A stretch of DNA of 41,416 bases from Asterionella formosa (lineage: Eukaryota), in contig NKIB01014686.1 of assembly GCA_002256025.1 (NCBI GenBank), positions 1 to 41,416 of the forward strand, read 5' to 3'. The position numbers were made by a program, and so were the translations under genes. Position 1 is the stretch's first letter. Each line of letters begins with the position of its first letter. This document shows, in pieces, positions 1 through 11,913 of the stretch. Below the pieces are notes generated by a model, which had not been told where the DNA came from, ran no database searches, and worked only from the letters and a program-made list of their open reading frames with translations.

Positions 1-323
1 TAAGAAGCGACGCTTGCCGTAACATTTTCAACGTACGTTTGGTCGAAAGGGTACAGCCCAACCAGTCCAGCGCCATACGTCTTGATTGTTGATGGATCAA
101 CTGAAGAGGTCAGACCTCCGCCTGCAGCGTTGGAGTTCACAATGTAGAAGCTTTGAGACTGATCAATGAAAGGGTTGGACGAAGCATTCGTAGACGTATT
201 GAACACGAAGGATGGCCCTGAATGCTCAATTTTATATGCACACGAATGGGGAATGCTGAGCAAAGCAGCAGCAACAGCAACAGCAGCAGTAGCAGTAGCA
301 GTAGCAGGTAGCAACTTTATCAT
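1..323 (-). CDS. 5' part of a probable secreted protein that runs off the left edge of the window
   Basis: ATG at 323-321, then an open frame to the edge: MIKLLPATATATAAVAVAAALLSIPHSCAYKIEHSGPSFVFNTSTNASSNPFIDQSQSFYIVNSNAAGGGLTSSVDPSTIKTYGAGLVGLYPFDQTYVENVTASVAS. It has a signal-peptide-like N-terminus and NxS/T sequons. It is absent from the ORF track because no stop lies inside the window. Confidence 0.6.
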   Translation of the reverse strand, partial: MIKLLPATATATAAVAVAAALLSIPHSCAYKIEHSGPSFVFNTSTNASSNPFIDQSQSFYIVNSNAAGGGLTSSVDPSTIKTYGAGLVGLYPFDQTYVENVTASVAS

Positions 324-2912
324 CACCTCGTCGACTCTTTTCACCACAAGTGTTATGCAAAAACGTTTCAATAGGTTGTTCTCTTTTATTTTATGATGTG
401 TCTTGAGTACCGGTACTCTAAATTACAAGCAAGTTTCGCCGACCCAAACAAATACCGGTACTCTTTTAGGCGACCCGAAACAAATACTCCGGTGGAAGAT
501 TTATTGTCTTACAAGCTACGTAGTATACAGGTAGCTATGTCTGCAGGGACTCAATATTTATATAATACTGTATTGAAAAGTCACATTAGGAGAAGCCATC
601 GTTGTCAGAGAACTGCATTGCTTTGTTATTTATTAGGAAGGTCATTTGTAAAACAAATCCCAAGTGGTTTTTGTAAAATGTCTTTTGTCCCATTTCTACC
701 GGTAGACGTATTTTATGACCTATTTATTCCCCCCTGCAGGAAAGTCCGGTAAAACACGCTTTTACTTAGCAAAAGGAAAAGCTAAAGATCTCGATGACTG
801 GACCTTCCAGTGTAGATTAATACGGGTTCATACCGGTAAAAAATACAGCTAACCCAATATTTATTCCGAGCCCAAGTAAAAATATATGGTCGCATGTCAT
901 CATCTCTGCATCAGGGACTCAAAGTCATAAAACAGTCAGCGCAAAAGAAGAGCCACTTTTATCAGTTAGAGCACTAGGGTTAAGCCGGGGTAATTCATCA
1001 ATCCCCCTTGTTCTTTGTTAAAATATTTCTAGAAGTAACGTTCATTATCCTTAAAATGCACAAATTGTCGCCGAATGACACCAAGTTCATACCGGTGGTT
1101 CATTCATTACTCAATTCATAGCACGATTCAGCGAAATAAATACCGTATAATTCAGAGTCATGGCCTCTCCCTGAGGTTGCTGGTCCCCCGTGTACATTTT
1201 TTCGTGGTGGCACCAAACACCCAATGATTTTCTAGACATAGACAAAGTTACGTACTGTAATTATAATTTTTCTCTTAGGCACTGGAATATAAATATTTAG
1301 CTACGATTTTGCGATTACTTTGTACATATAAAACCCTAGAGTACGAAGCTAGTGCTTGTGAACTGCTGGAGAATCCTGCATCCTTGACCATGACGAAAAT
1401 ACGAATTATCTCCGCGAAAATTGAGAACAACGCTTTGCTGCTTGCTACATACTTAATGCACGACATGGCGAAAGAATTAAAGTAATAACACAAATAATGA
1501 CAACGAAAATTGAGATCGCCGATAGCAACATGAAGTCGTGTTTTTCTTGCAAGGTGGAGAACTCTCTCATTTTTCACCGGACAGAAATAGTTTTCATATT
1601 AAAACATATTAGAAAACTGCGCTCCATCCTGTAGAACCGATAAAATCTAGGTAGGTCCATTATAAGGGAAATCTCTTCATTTTCCTGCCCCCCCCTTAAG
1701 TATAATCAGCCAGTCAAATTCAGTCACGGCTTTGTACATTGAGGGGGCCAGGACACTGAATGTCATCTTGAAGCACACAATAAGCTTCTCAATGGCAGAG
1801 AAAAGAAGTTCATAAAGATACTAATGCTGGGCTGTTTCGGATTGTTTCTACTTGATCGTGTTATTGCCTAGTCTCCATCACTTATAGATACATTCTTCTA
1901 TGTGACCATGCTTTTGATTATTACTACCTGCCCATAGATACCAGTGATTGGTTGTATCAACATGACCTTGTTATTGGTATTCCGGCAATAGTTGTTCCCA
2001 TGTCAATCTAATCATTACACCATGATTGATGGTCTTGCAATCGTTTCCAGCACCATGTGAATGTTATCATCACATTATCTCTGTTTCCACCGATTTTCAT
2101 TTGTGTTGAGTTCATGAATCATCACAATAACGAACTTTTTGATCATCAAAGCTACAAGGAATGGTTACAAGAGGTCTTGCTTTGTAACTCAACAATCAAT
2201 AAATATAAGCACCAACCATTTTTTGAAGCCAATCCCGATGCCATGAACGCTTTCAAGCAATTCTGAATTGAAAATTTAAAATCGCTCTTAATGAAATTCG
2301 ATTCGCTCAAGGACGATTATCTAAGTATTTAGCTGGGTACTTGGAAAGACAACGCTCGCTCATCGCCTCTATGTGTGTACCGGTAGATGAAATTATCATT
2401 TTAACCATACAACTATGCATAAACTGCATGATCAACGTGAGTCAAGCCTACCACGCGTACCGGCAGGCGCATCGCTCAAAAACCGGTACCTGGTACCTGG
2501 TCCTACAGGTATCATATAATACTACCGGTAAATATGCTGCTCCCCATGATTATAACGGTAATTGAGTTTACCGGTAGTCTCGCGTACTAGTTATGAAAAT
2601 TTTAATATGGTGCATGGTATTTACATGCATTTTTGAATCTCAAACTTGACTCACAGAATGCATTTCTAATACTAACTAATATATTCTTATATTGACAGGA
2701 ATTTGTATATACAAATGTGTATAAAAAAGAAGAAACGACCATGAGATATATGTACCTACAGTGGCCGGTATTTATCGTCAAACCAGTCGCACATTTTCTT
2801 CGACCATATATCATTCCTAGTTGACGTAATCTCTGTACCGGTATTGCTTTGCAACTGAGCAATTAACTCCAATTCCCAGGTTGGTTGATTCTTTTTATTT
2901 TGAGTCTTTGCG

Positions 2913-3446
2913 ATGTCAGAGCCATTAACGTCCATTGAAAACACGGAAATGCGCACTAAGCATCACATCATGATTCTATCCGATCTCGTGGAGGATTCGA
3001 TACCAGACTCCATTGAAATCAATTTCGATTCCATCACAAAGGAATGCACTGTGGTAGCCGGTACTCGAACAGGTGGGTCTACATGCGATTTGGTTCACTC
3101 CGTTGTAATTATCGATTCTCGGCAGGATCAGAAATCTAACGCTCGACGAGCCGACATGCGTCCACTGTCACCCATGAAGGCAAACCGATCACGAGATCGT
3201 GAAATTCGAGAGTCGTCCATGACAAGAATAGGACGAGAACCATCGAGGAGCCTGACTCGGACCACTTCCATTCAGGAGAGTTCTGATTCAACATTTCGTC
3301 CGTCGAACATTGGTATGTCCCGAAGGAAACCAAATCTACAGCCATTGTCGGGTGAGGGCGATGAGTGTATACCGACAAATCGTTTCTTCTCCAAGGTAAG
3401 ATTCATTCCTAGGTCCAAGTTTAATCATGCTAGAGAAGCTCCATGA
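2913..3446 (+). CDS. hypothetical Ser/Arg-rich protein, possibly spliced near its 3' end
   Basis: 177-aa ATG ORF of low complexity. A possible donor AAG|GTAAG lies at 3396. No family recognised. Confidence 0.4.
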   Translation: MSEPLTSIENTEMRTKHHIMILSDLVEDSIPDSIEINFDSITKECTVVAGTRTGGSTCDLVHSVVIIDSRQDQKSNARRADMRPLSPMKANRSRDREIRESSMTRIGREPSRSLTRTTSIQESSDSTFRPSNIGMSRRKPNLQPLSGEGDECIPTNRFFSKVRFIPRSKFNHAREAP

Positions 3447-4334
3447 AGTGAATCATCACGTGGGGACTTCTGCAAGGCCAGAAATGCTTGAAATTCGTTG
3501 CTGCATACTACCCATCAGTTCCCATATTGATAAATAATCTTCCTCCGACGATCAAAATATTGCGTCAACTAGCTTTTTCAAGTAAGAGGTGGGACTAATG
3601 TTAGGCCCATTTTTGATGATGCTTGGAGGGAAATAATGGAATAAATTACGTGTATATCGCTTTGCTCTGTTGACCACCAAGTCTGGACGGGAATAGGCGA
3701 TTCCAATAATCGTTTTTGGCACTGGAAAATTCTTTCGCTGACGACGTTTTTAGAGAATGCAGTCGTGTTGCTAAGTTACTGGTAGACGTATTGGTGATGG
3801 TAGAATATCTGGTACTCCCTCCCAGATAAGAGAACAAACTTGAAAGGATGAGATGAACCTTTAAGTTGATGGTAATCAGGATGATGTTGGTATGGTGCTT
3901 ATACTAACTAATAGATAATACATATATATTTTATATTTATATTTACATATTGATGTCAATGTATTTTTGTATTTTCCAGATGCAAAGACTACCGTAATAG
4001 ATCGGTAAAGTATCACTGTTATGTTTACCAGACTACCCGTACGCCGTACAAGGTCGACCGGTAGGTATTGTTACTTTTTATTGCTTTATTCAGTATTGCT
4101 TTGCTTCAAAAGCAGAAAGTAATCACTTTTCAATAAATAATGTTCAAAATAATGAAAAAGAACGAAGTGATACTATAATAGTTGAGGACGACATTGCTCG
4201 AAATGGCGGCTATTGTTTTGCAAATGTACAATGTAATACTCGTGGATAACAAGTGCAAGTCATCAAAGGGTTAACAAATTCCATCATCATTTCTGGGCAC
4301 TAAAAAAGAACAGAACAATATTGGATACAGCGAC

Positions 4335-4697
4335 ATGGGAGGTCATTCGGCGTGGAGGAAGCGCATCGCAGCAGGCCTGAATGCCAAAGGCATGGGAGGA
4401 GCCATCTGTCGCCATAGACCCCACTTTGGGAGGAAGGGAAAGGATCTTGTGAAGAATCGAAAAGGCAATATTGGTGGAGGGAATCCCAAAAAGAGGAAGA
4501 AGAGAAGAGATGGTACTGATGCCGAGGATGTTAACGACGAACCTTTCTCACTGAAACATCACGGAGCCCGACATCAAGGTGGTAAATTACTCATAGGATT
4601 GATGATCACAATTTCGTTCGTCCCTATTCTCGCGTATATTCGTCGGCAAATGTCCATGACGAATTTCGCGGAAGCAGAGGTAAGTTTACGGCCCTGA
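4335..4697 (+). CDS. small basic hypothetical protein with one C-terminal hydrophobic helix
   Basis: 120-aa ATG ORF with a Lys/Arg/Gly-rich N-terminal half and the TM-like segment LLIGLMITISFVPILAYI. It converges on the ABC gene with an ~80-bp spacer. Confidence 0.5.
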   Translation: MGGHSAWRKRIAAGLNAKGMGGAICRHRPHFGRKGKDLVKNRKGNIGGGNPKKRKKRRDGTDAEDVNDEPFSLKHHGARHQGGKLLIGLMITISFVPILAYIRRQMSMTNFAEAEVSLRP

Positions 4698-4779
4698 AAG
4701 ATAGCATTGACACAACAATATTGGCCATTTTACGCACATAACTTTTAAATGGATTCATTCAAAGAATAACTTGTGATTA

Positions 4780-7121
4780 CTAGCTTTTTATGCTGTTTCG
4801 ATGTTGATGGGAAGGTGAAGCGGTGATTCCTTGCTCTCGTGCCAACTTATTGTATAAGCTGCCTTCCAATTTCAAAAGTTCTTCGGGGTCGCCGGACTCT
4901 ACAATTTCACCCTTCTCCATGACGATCACTCTATTGACATTGAGCGATCGGACCACACCAAGTCGATGTGTCACCATCACCATACTCTTTGTTTGCTTCA
5001 TGGCAACTTTCAATGCTTCAACTGCCTTCTTTTCACTCTCACTGTCCAATGCCGCTGTCGGCTCGTCCAGCAGCAGGACTTCGGGGTGGCGTATCAAGGC
5101 ACGGGCAATAGCAACTCGTTGCCGTTGACCACCCGACAAGGCACGCCCACCTTCGCCAACACGAGTGTCTAAATCCAGGCTAAGATCATTATTCTCATGT
5201 ATGGGGAAGCCTGCCATAAGCAGGGATTTTCCTGCTTTCTCCCGGTACTCTTCACTGTAACATGCAACTCCATTGTCATCAACAGAGTCCATTTCAATTC
5301 CATAAAGTACATTTCCCAATAAAGACATCGGGAACAAGCACGGCTCTTGAGCGACAACGGAAACTCGGGAGGCGAGTTCTTTGCGAGACATATCTCTGAG
5401 ATTTTCGCCGTTCAGACTAACAGAGCCGGAAACTGGGTCATAAAATCTCAAAATGGTTCGCAGCATTGATGATTTACCAGACCCACTCCGACCAACAATG
5501 GCAACTCGATCACCAGAAAATACATTTAAGCTAACTTCTTTCAAGGCAGGAACGTCCATGGCGCCGTAAGTCACAGTCATGTTCTGTATGGAAATAATTG
5601 GCACTGGAGCTTGTACATGGGATTTTTTCTCCGCTTCCTTATTCGGCCGTGGGTCACGAACCAAAGGTATACGTCGAATCAGGTCAAAGACACTCGTGGA
5701 AGCTCCAATAGCCCCTTGAATCTTGGCCCATTGATCCCCAACTTCATTCGATGATTCCAACACAAAATTGGTATAAAACATAAATGTCGTTAACTTTGCC
5801 GCGGGGAGACCACCTGCCCGGCCAATACTCCAACACGCAAATAATAGCGCTACTTGCAAAATAGTTTGAAGCGTGTCACTGACAAACTTGTGCGTTCCAT
5901 AGGCCCATGCCTGGACTTCTTCTAATTCCAGCGCTCGACCCTGCGCCTCCTCGTACTTTCCCGACTCTGCAGTAACTCCATCAAAGGCCCTGATCGTTTC
6001 TGACATGCTGAACGAAGTTTCCGCCACTGCAGTAGCATCGGCAAAGGTGTCTTGGACCTTTTCTGCCAATGAACGAGCAAAGTCTCCGTACAAGGCCGAC
6101 ACAACTGCGACCAAGAAAATTCCTGCAAAGGCATATAGTGACATTCTGGGAGAAATCTTTAAGAGATAGATTGATCCAAAAAGGAACTGAGCGAATTGGC
6201 GAAGCACGACGTTAACGTGGAAGGAAATGACCATGCCAATTTTGTTGACATCATTGTTTAAGCGGGATAGCAAGTATCCAACTTCGTTGCTATCAAAGAA
6301 GGCAGCTTCTTGGAGTAAAAGGTTGCGGTGAAGCTTGACACGGACATTGTAATTAGCACGAGAACCTGCGAGGGATGGTAATGTGTTAGGGCGACTATGT
6401 AGACCTGTAGTCGGCGCTGATTCAGGTAATCACACGTAAGCATCGACTCACCAGCAACCCAAAAGAGAGACCCTCGCATCCCTGTAAACAAGGCCCCCAA
6501 CGTCGAGGTAATGGCCAAACCAGCTAGAGCCCGCATACACTTGGACCGCGACGGATCCAAGGTCGCTACACATTGAATGCACTCCGAGTAAAATTGAGGA
6601 ATGACACTCGTCGTCAAGGCTCCCAATAACAAAAACGTAAAGGAAGGAACGATGATGGGAGCGTTGTACCCAGCCAATCTGACCAAGTTGCGGCGTTGCT
6701 CATTCAACACCTTCAAGTTGTCTCGAAAGCCTTGTTTAGGTGGAACCATACCATTCTTCCGCTTAAGTCTCAGCTGTCGGTTCTCCAACATTCTACGGAC
6801 TACAAATTTAGCAAAAAAGGACATTGAGCCAGTGATGGATTTAGTTTTCGGCACGATCCCGTGAACGTAAAAATCTTCCTCTTCGTCGGAAACGTGCTGA
6901 TGACCGTTGACGCAGCGGAGGTGGGCGATTTCAGCAGCTGAAAATTGCAGAGACGATGAGGACTTATGGAAGATTCTTCCATAGCTTGCCATTGAATGCT
7001 GCGGAGCAAACGCAGATGCTTGTGAAGAAGTTGCCCATAGCCACAGTGTCAAACCGAACCAGGTGCAGAGTTGATTTCTCCGTTCAGCCCGAAGCAGAAT
7101 TTGACAACTATTCTTTGCCAT
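4780..7121 (-). CDS. ABCB (TAP/MDR-like) half-size ABC transporter, predicted plastid-targeted; exons 7121-6452 and 6365-4780
   Basis: Walker A GRSGSGKS, Q-loop VAQEP, signature LSGGQRQR, Walker B LLLDEPTAALD and H-loop VTHRL. An 86-bp intron at 6366-6451 (GTGAGT...CGCAG) joins FWVAG|SRANYNVRVKLHRNLLLQEAAFFD in frame. The N-terminus contains ASAFAP. Confidence 0.93.
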
Positions 7122-7990
7122 TTCAACGAAATCCCGATCGATCTCAGCTTTCAAGTACACGTGATTATAATTGGAGTTGATAGAAAGCTACTGTTGATGG
7201 AGAAAGGAAGAAGGTTGATGTATCTTCTTTGCTTTCGATTTGTAGAAAAGGCTCTTTCTAGATTATTTGTTCGAGTACATTTTTATGGATTATGATTATT
7301 GTTCGTGTGATGATCGAGCGACGAATGAAAGGGCTGCGTCGGAAATGCTGACGAGTGGCATCAGTGCATCAAACTGTGTACCTGGTTGGTACAGTACATA
7401 CCAGTATGAATATGGCGTTATTCTTTCTCCCAGCAGCCCTGACAATTGCGCATCATACCGGTAGTTTTCTATTCATGTACCCCATGTACGTGCAGATTCT
7501 TGCTTCTCCCCCGCCCGGTGTTAACATTTTGCTGCTTCCTAGGAAGCAATGGCTGACGGATGGTTTAAGTGCGCTTCATGCGCGCCACTTAAGGTTCTTG
7601 TTGCTCGATGGTGTCGTCCTATGTAAGCGGGAGTCGCTCCTGCTGCTGCACACAATTCGCATACAGGTTTGTACGTATGCAAGTGCCGCATATGCATTTC
7701 AAATCCTGCAAAAAATGAAGAAATTTCAATTTCAAATTTGGCAATTATTTCGATAAATCGGTGTGTAAATAATATAAGCATCACCCAGTTCATGCTCACA
7801 ATATTCTTCCATCGTCATTTATTTCACTAAAAAAGAGAAGAATTGAGTCTCTACTTTTTCATTGATTGATATTCGATTGATAAGAGACAATAGCAAGTAT
7901 TCGATCCAAGAAGTCTGCGAAATCCAACATTTTGAAGCAATACCAACGCATCTTGCACCAATATCAATCTATATCAATTCGGAATTCCAA

Positions 7991-8967
7991 ATGAAGGGAC
8001 TGGCTGATCCTTCCAACAAGGAAAAGAAGGAATTGACATCATCTAAGCCTCCAAGATCGCCCCATGGTACGCAACACATCAGAAACAAATGAGAAGACAA
8101 AATTGACTCCGGGAACGCGTATGACGTTCTTATGACTCTCTGAAACGTATTTCAAACTTGTTTCCCGGCAAAACTCACACTCCACTATTTTCGTCTTCAT
8201 GTATCCTGGTAGGTAAATCCGGTCCCACAGCAAGCAAGTCTGGAACGAATCCAAGTAAATCCATAACCACGCCAGTCAAAAGTACAGACGCCCCAGGCAA
8301 GGCTGGTGATGCTTCAGTATCTACTCCAAGCAACACTCCAATGAAGAATGGATCCATGTACGAGCGTTCTTTGCAGCGCCTTGTGATCACCGAGTCCAAA
8401 TTGAAACAGCTCGAATGTACCATGATGAAATCTTGTACCTTTTCGCCCGACACCTCCAAGTCAAACATTCCAAAGAAGACGTCTGACACGAAGAAGAGTT
8501 CCGTCGTTCACAGTCGTGACAAAGCGACTACACCCGAAAATATGGGCTCCCGCAAGTCTCCAGGCAGTACTAGTAGCCGCAGCACTGTTTCAAATCGAGT
8601 GGATGAGTTATATAGAGACGGAGTAATAAAAAATAAGCAGCGCTTCATGACTGCCAAGGAAGAAGATGACGCCAGAGCGAAACGACTTCAGGAACGGGAA
8701 TTGGCAGAATGCACCTTTCAACCCAATTTGAATTGCTGGAAGGCGAAGCGCGGAAGTCCAGATGATAGCAAGAAATCTGATCGTTTCTCGGTTGAAGCAC
8801 CCAAGAGCGCTCGAAGTGTCAAGGTGCCCATCAAAGTGGTGGGAATGGTGCCTCCATCAGAAGTTACGGTGGTGAGTCCCCTCCGACATGCGGCTGTGGG
8901 ACCATTGAAGGAGCATTGCAATTTCAAGATGTTAGACTTTGATCAATGCGCGGAAGGAACCGAATGA
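7991..8967 (+). CDS. hypothetical Ser/Lys/Thr-rich protein with CTFxP repeats; exons 7991-8066 and 8213-8967
   Basis: Intron 8067-8212 (GTACGC...GTAG) joins MKGLADPS...SPHG to KSGPTASK in frame. Two motifs, SCTFSPD and ECTFQPN, each follow a helical segment. Confidence 0.7.
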
Positions 8968-9915
8968 ATTTTATTTCATAAATTGGCAAGACAATGAAGG
9001 GATCGACCAAAAAGGTCAAGAGTTGGGGAATAAATGAGTGCAATCAATCGAGCCGAAGAACAAGACGATGAGAGAGGCCGACTTGACGAGGTTAAGAATA
9101 ACCAAATGTGCATTCCAGGTATGTATTTGCGAAATATAGTAAAACTGCCGGTAGTTTATGTAATGTAATAAATATTTACCAGGTACCTGAATTCCGGTAA
9201 AGGTAAATGGTGGTAGTACACCAGTAGTATAATTAATTAACAAGACGAATGCAAAATATTAAAGGAAAGGACGGATCGCTCTACTAAGATTACATATGCA
9301 TGTATGTTGCAAAAAATGTAAGAATATTGCATACAGCCCTGCAGAGGGACTGTACCGGGTACCAGGTACACAGGATACTGCATGCTGCATACCGGTACTG
9401 CAGAACGAATCATCATTTTCTGGTTTGTACAAGCTACACATGCATGCATCATGTGTACATGCATACCGGTAGGCAGCATCCGAATGCCGGACGAATACAG
9501 GTCACCAGTAGCACCGGAATTGTTGGTTTTCATACGGTTGTACCGGCAGATACATACGGGTAGAGTGGAATAACGTGACCGTGGTACCTGGTACCTGGTA
9601 CCTGGAATCTGCCTGGTACAAATACACATATATCATACGGTATATCATTGCATATGATCTACAATATATTTATTTTTACAGCGGTATAGCTATTTTAGAA
9701 AGACTCTCATCAGCGATATCATATACCGGGGTACTGGTATGCAATTATATTTAGTCGTAGTACTGGTACAGGGTGCTATGTCTTACCAGATACTGGTACC
9801 TGGTAGCATGCCACGCATTATCGAAGGTGACGGTAATCCTTCTCGAAAAGGAACAGGCTTGTTCATTTGAACGTGTTGCAACAACAGTCGACAGTGATCA
9901 GATCTCGCAACCGGT

Positions 9916-11297
9916 ATGCCTTCTGAAATGAGCACCCGCTGCGACTCTTTCTCACAGGTACCAAGTGAGCAACTTATTCGTCGATCGTCCGGTCATAATG
10001 ATACATGTCCTCCTTTGAACTTGGAAATGATGTTGAGTTTGGAAGACAAACGCAAATCGATGAGGCGAGGTTCGTTTTTGACTACCGCAGATGTTCCTCG
10101 CCGGTCAATTATTGAGCATAACAAGATGATTGATTATCTCAGAAGTCAAGGTTTTACATTGGGTAAGGCAGTATTTGCTTCAGTTTCACATCATGCTGGT
10201 GCCTTGTCTTCGCCCTTGATCAACACACTCACGGTATCCGTTGCCCAGGACTCGCAAGAACACTCATACAAAACTCGGATTCCTTTCCGGTACGCATTTG
10301 GTTAGTCAATAACAGCGACACCATGAATCACGCAGATGGACACTTAGTTGTTCAATCCAAAGAACCTCCATTTTCTATTCGAAACGTCGATTGCACCCGA
10401 TGGGAAGAAGTTATCAGTACGCTCCGTTGGCACGCTGAATTCAGCGCTAGGATGCAAGCCCCCATGGCGATTAGATTGCTGAACGATCCGCTTACTGTGC
10501 CGCAACAGTTGGGAGTTGCTACAAGTACACAAGTGGTACTAGAAGAAGAAATCAACAGATTGTCTGACCTGACGAAACTTCGACCGGGTGGTCAAGGCAC
10601 ATTAACTTCGCATTTGCGAGAAGTGGTGAATGCAATAAAGGCCGTGCCTCGGCATATGCTCGATAATCGATCTATTGCTGTAGTCTTTGTCACAGATTCT
10701 CTACCGACCAGTGATAACGGACAATCTGGAAACCAGGCAATAGCCGAGTTTTTAGATATCCTGCAAGGGTTGGAAGGTTGGCCAGTGTGGTTTGTCATCC
10801 GATTATCGACAGACGAACAGGCGGTGGTCGACTTTTATGGTGATTTGGACAATGAAATGTTCAATATTGAGAAATCAGATATTACGCATACTGGACTGCA
10901 TCTTGATGTATTGGATGATTTTGTATCAGAAGCCAAGGAAGTTGCCAAGCACAACCCATGGCTTAATTACGCTTACCCCCTCCACCTTTGTCGAGAGTCA
11001 GCAGTGAATTTTCCAGTCTTTGATGCATTGAATGATCGGCCTCTGATGCATGATGAACTGGCCAAGTTTATCTGCCTCCTTTTTGATCGAAAGACCCAAG
11101 CATTCATGGAACAACCCTTGCCAAATCCAAAGACAGAATACAAGGCTTTTCGAGAGGAGGTGCAGCAACTCCTTCAGAAGAATGCAAGCCTTTGGAATCC
11201 AATCAAGAAACGAATTATGCCATGGATTGATGTGCCAGTGATGGATCAAATATACAGTAATGGTGCTGCATCCACATGTTCCTGTTCTCTCATGTGA
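9916..11297 (+). CDS. vWA-like domain protein with C-terminal CaaX; exons 9916-10162 and 10249-11297
   Basis: An 86-bp intron at 10163-10248 (GTAAGG...CCCAG) gives QGFTLG|LARTLIQNSDSFPVRIWLVNNSDTM. vWA-type beta/alpha pattern with VVFVTDSLP and LDVLDDF. Ends STCSCSLM*. Confidence 0.8.
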
Positions 11298-11913
11298 GCC
11301 AGCTCAAAACTATCAGATATTGTGCTTTTGTGGACCTTAGCACCCCTTTATGTTGTAAACCAGTAGAATGATAATAACCACTTTTACTGCACAGTATGAA
11401 CAAGAGTGGCTGCATCATCATATCATTGTAGTACTAAATCAGACATGTGGTACAGCATTGACATTATGTTTACCATTGCTTTCTTTTATTATTTCTGTCT
11501 AAAACATTCTATACCGGTACTTTTCCCGTATGCAGAGGAGTACAAAGGATATTTTTTCATGATAGGACTGCTCAACTCGCTCCATTCATGATTATACATG
11601 TGTTCTCAATTCCTGAGAACATTTATCCTCCTTTGGTAGGATCACGTACGTCACGTGCAAAAATTACCGGTGCAAGGTTACCGGTGTACCACCAGTACCT
11701 GGCACAAGGTACTGGTAGTGTCGTTTGTAGGAGGGGACACTTGCAAGGAGAAGGAACCAACTATAACAACAGTTTATTATCAAGAATCTGAGGTCTAACA
11801 TTATGGGCTTTCTGATATTTGCGTTGTTCATCATCCAACAATAACAGAATTATTAACAACTCATCACACTATCAGCTAGGTTACCTGGTACCTGGTACCG
11901 AAAACAAGTAACC

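Noticed and set aside
544..1173. CAGGG...CCCTG-ended segments (544-736, 912-1173) resembling hAT MITEs
   Set aside because: Only 5-6 bp of terminal match and no 8-bp TSD.
1180..1751. Imperfect inverted repeat (ctggtcccccgtgtaca / tgtacattgagggggccag) and a CCCCCCC-TTAA end at about 1688-1699, suggesting a DNA transposon
   Set aside because: The arms need gaps and mismatches, and no TSD or partner end was found. It may be an old TE relic but cannot be supported here.
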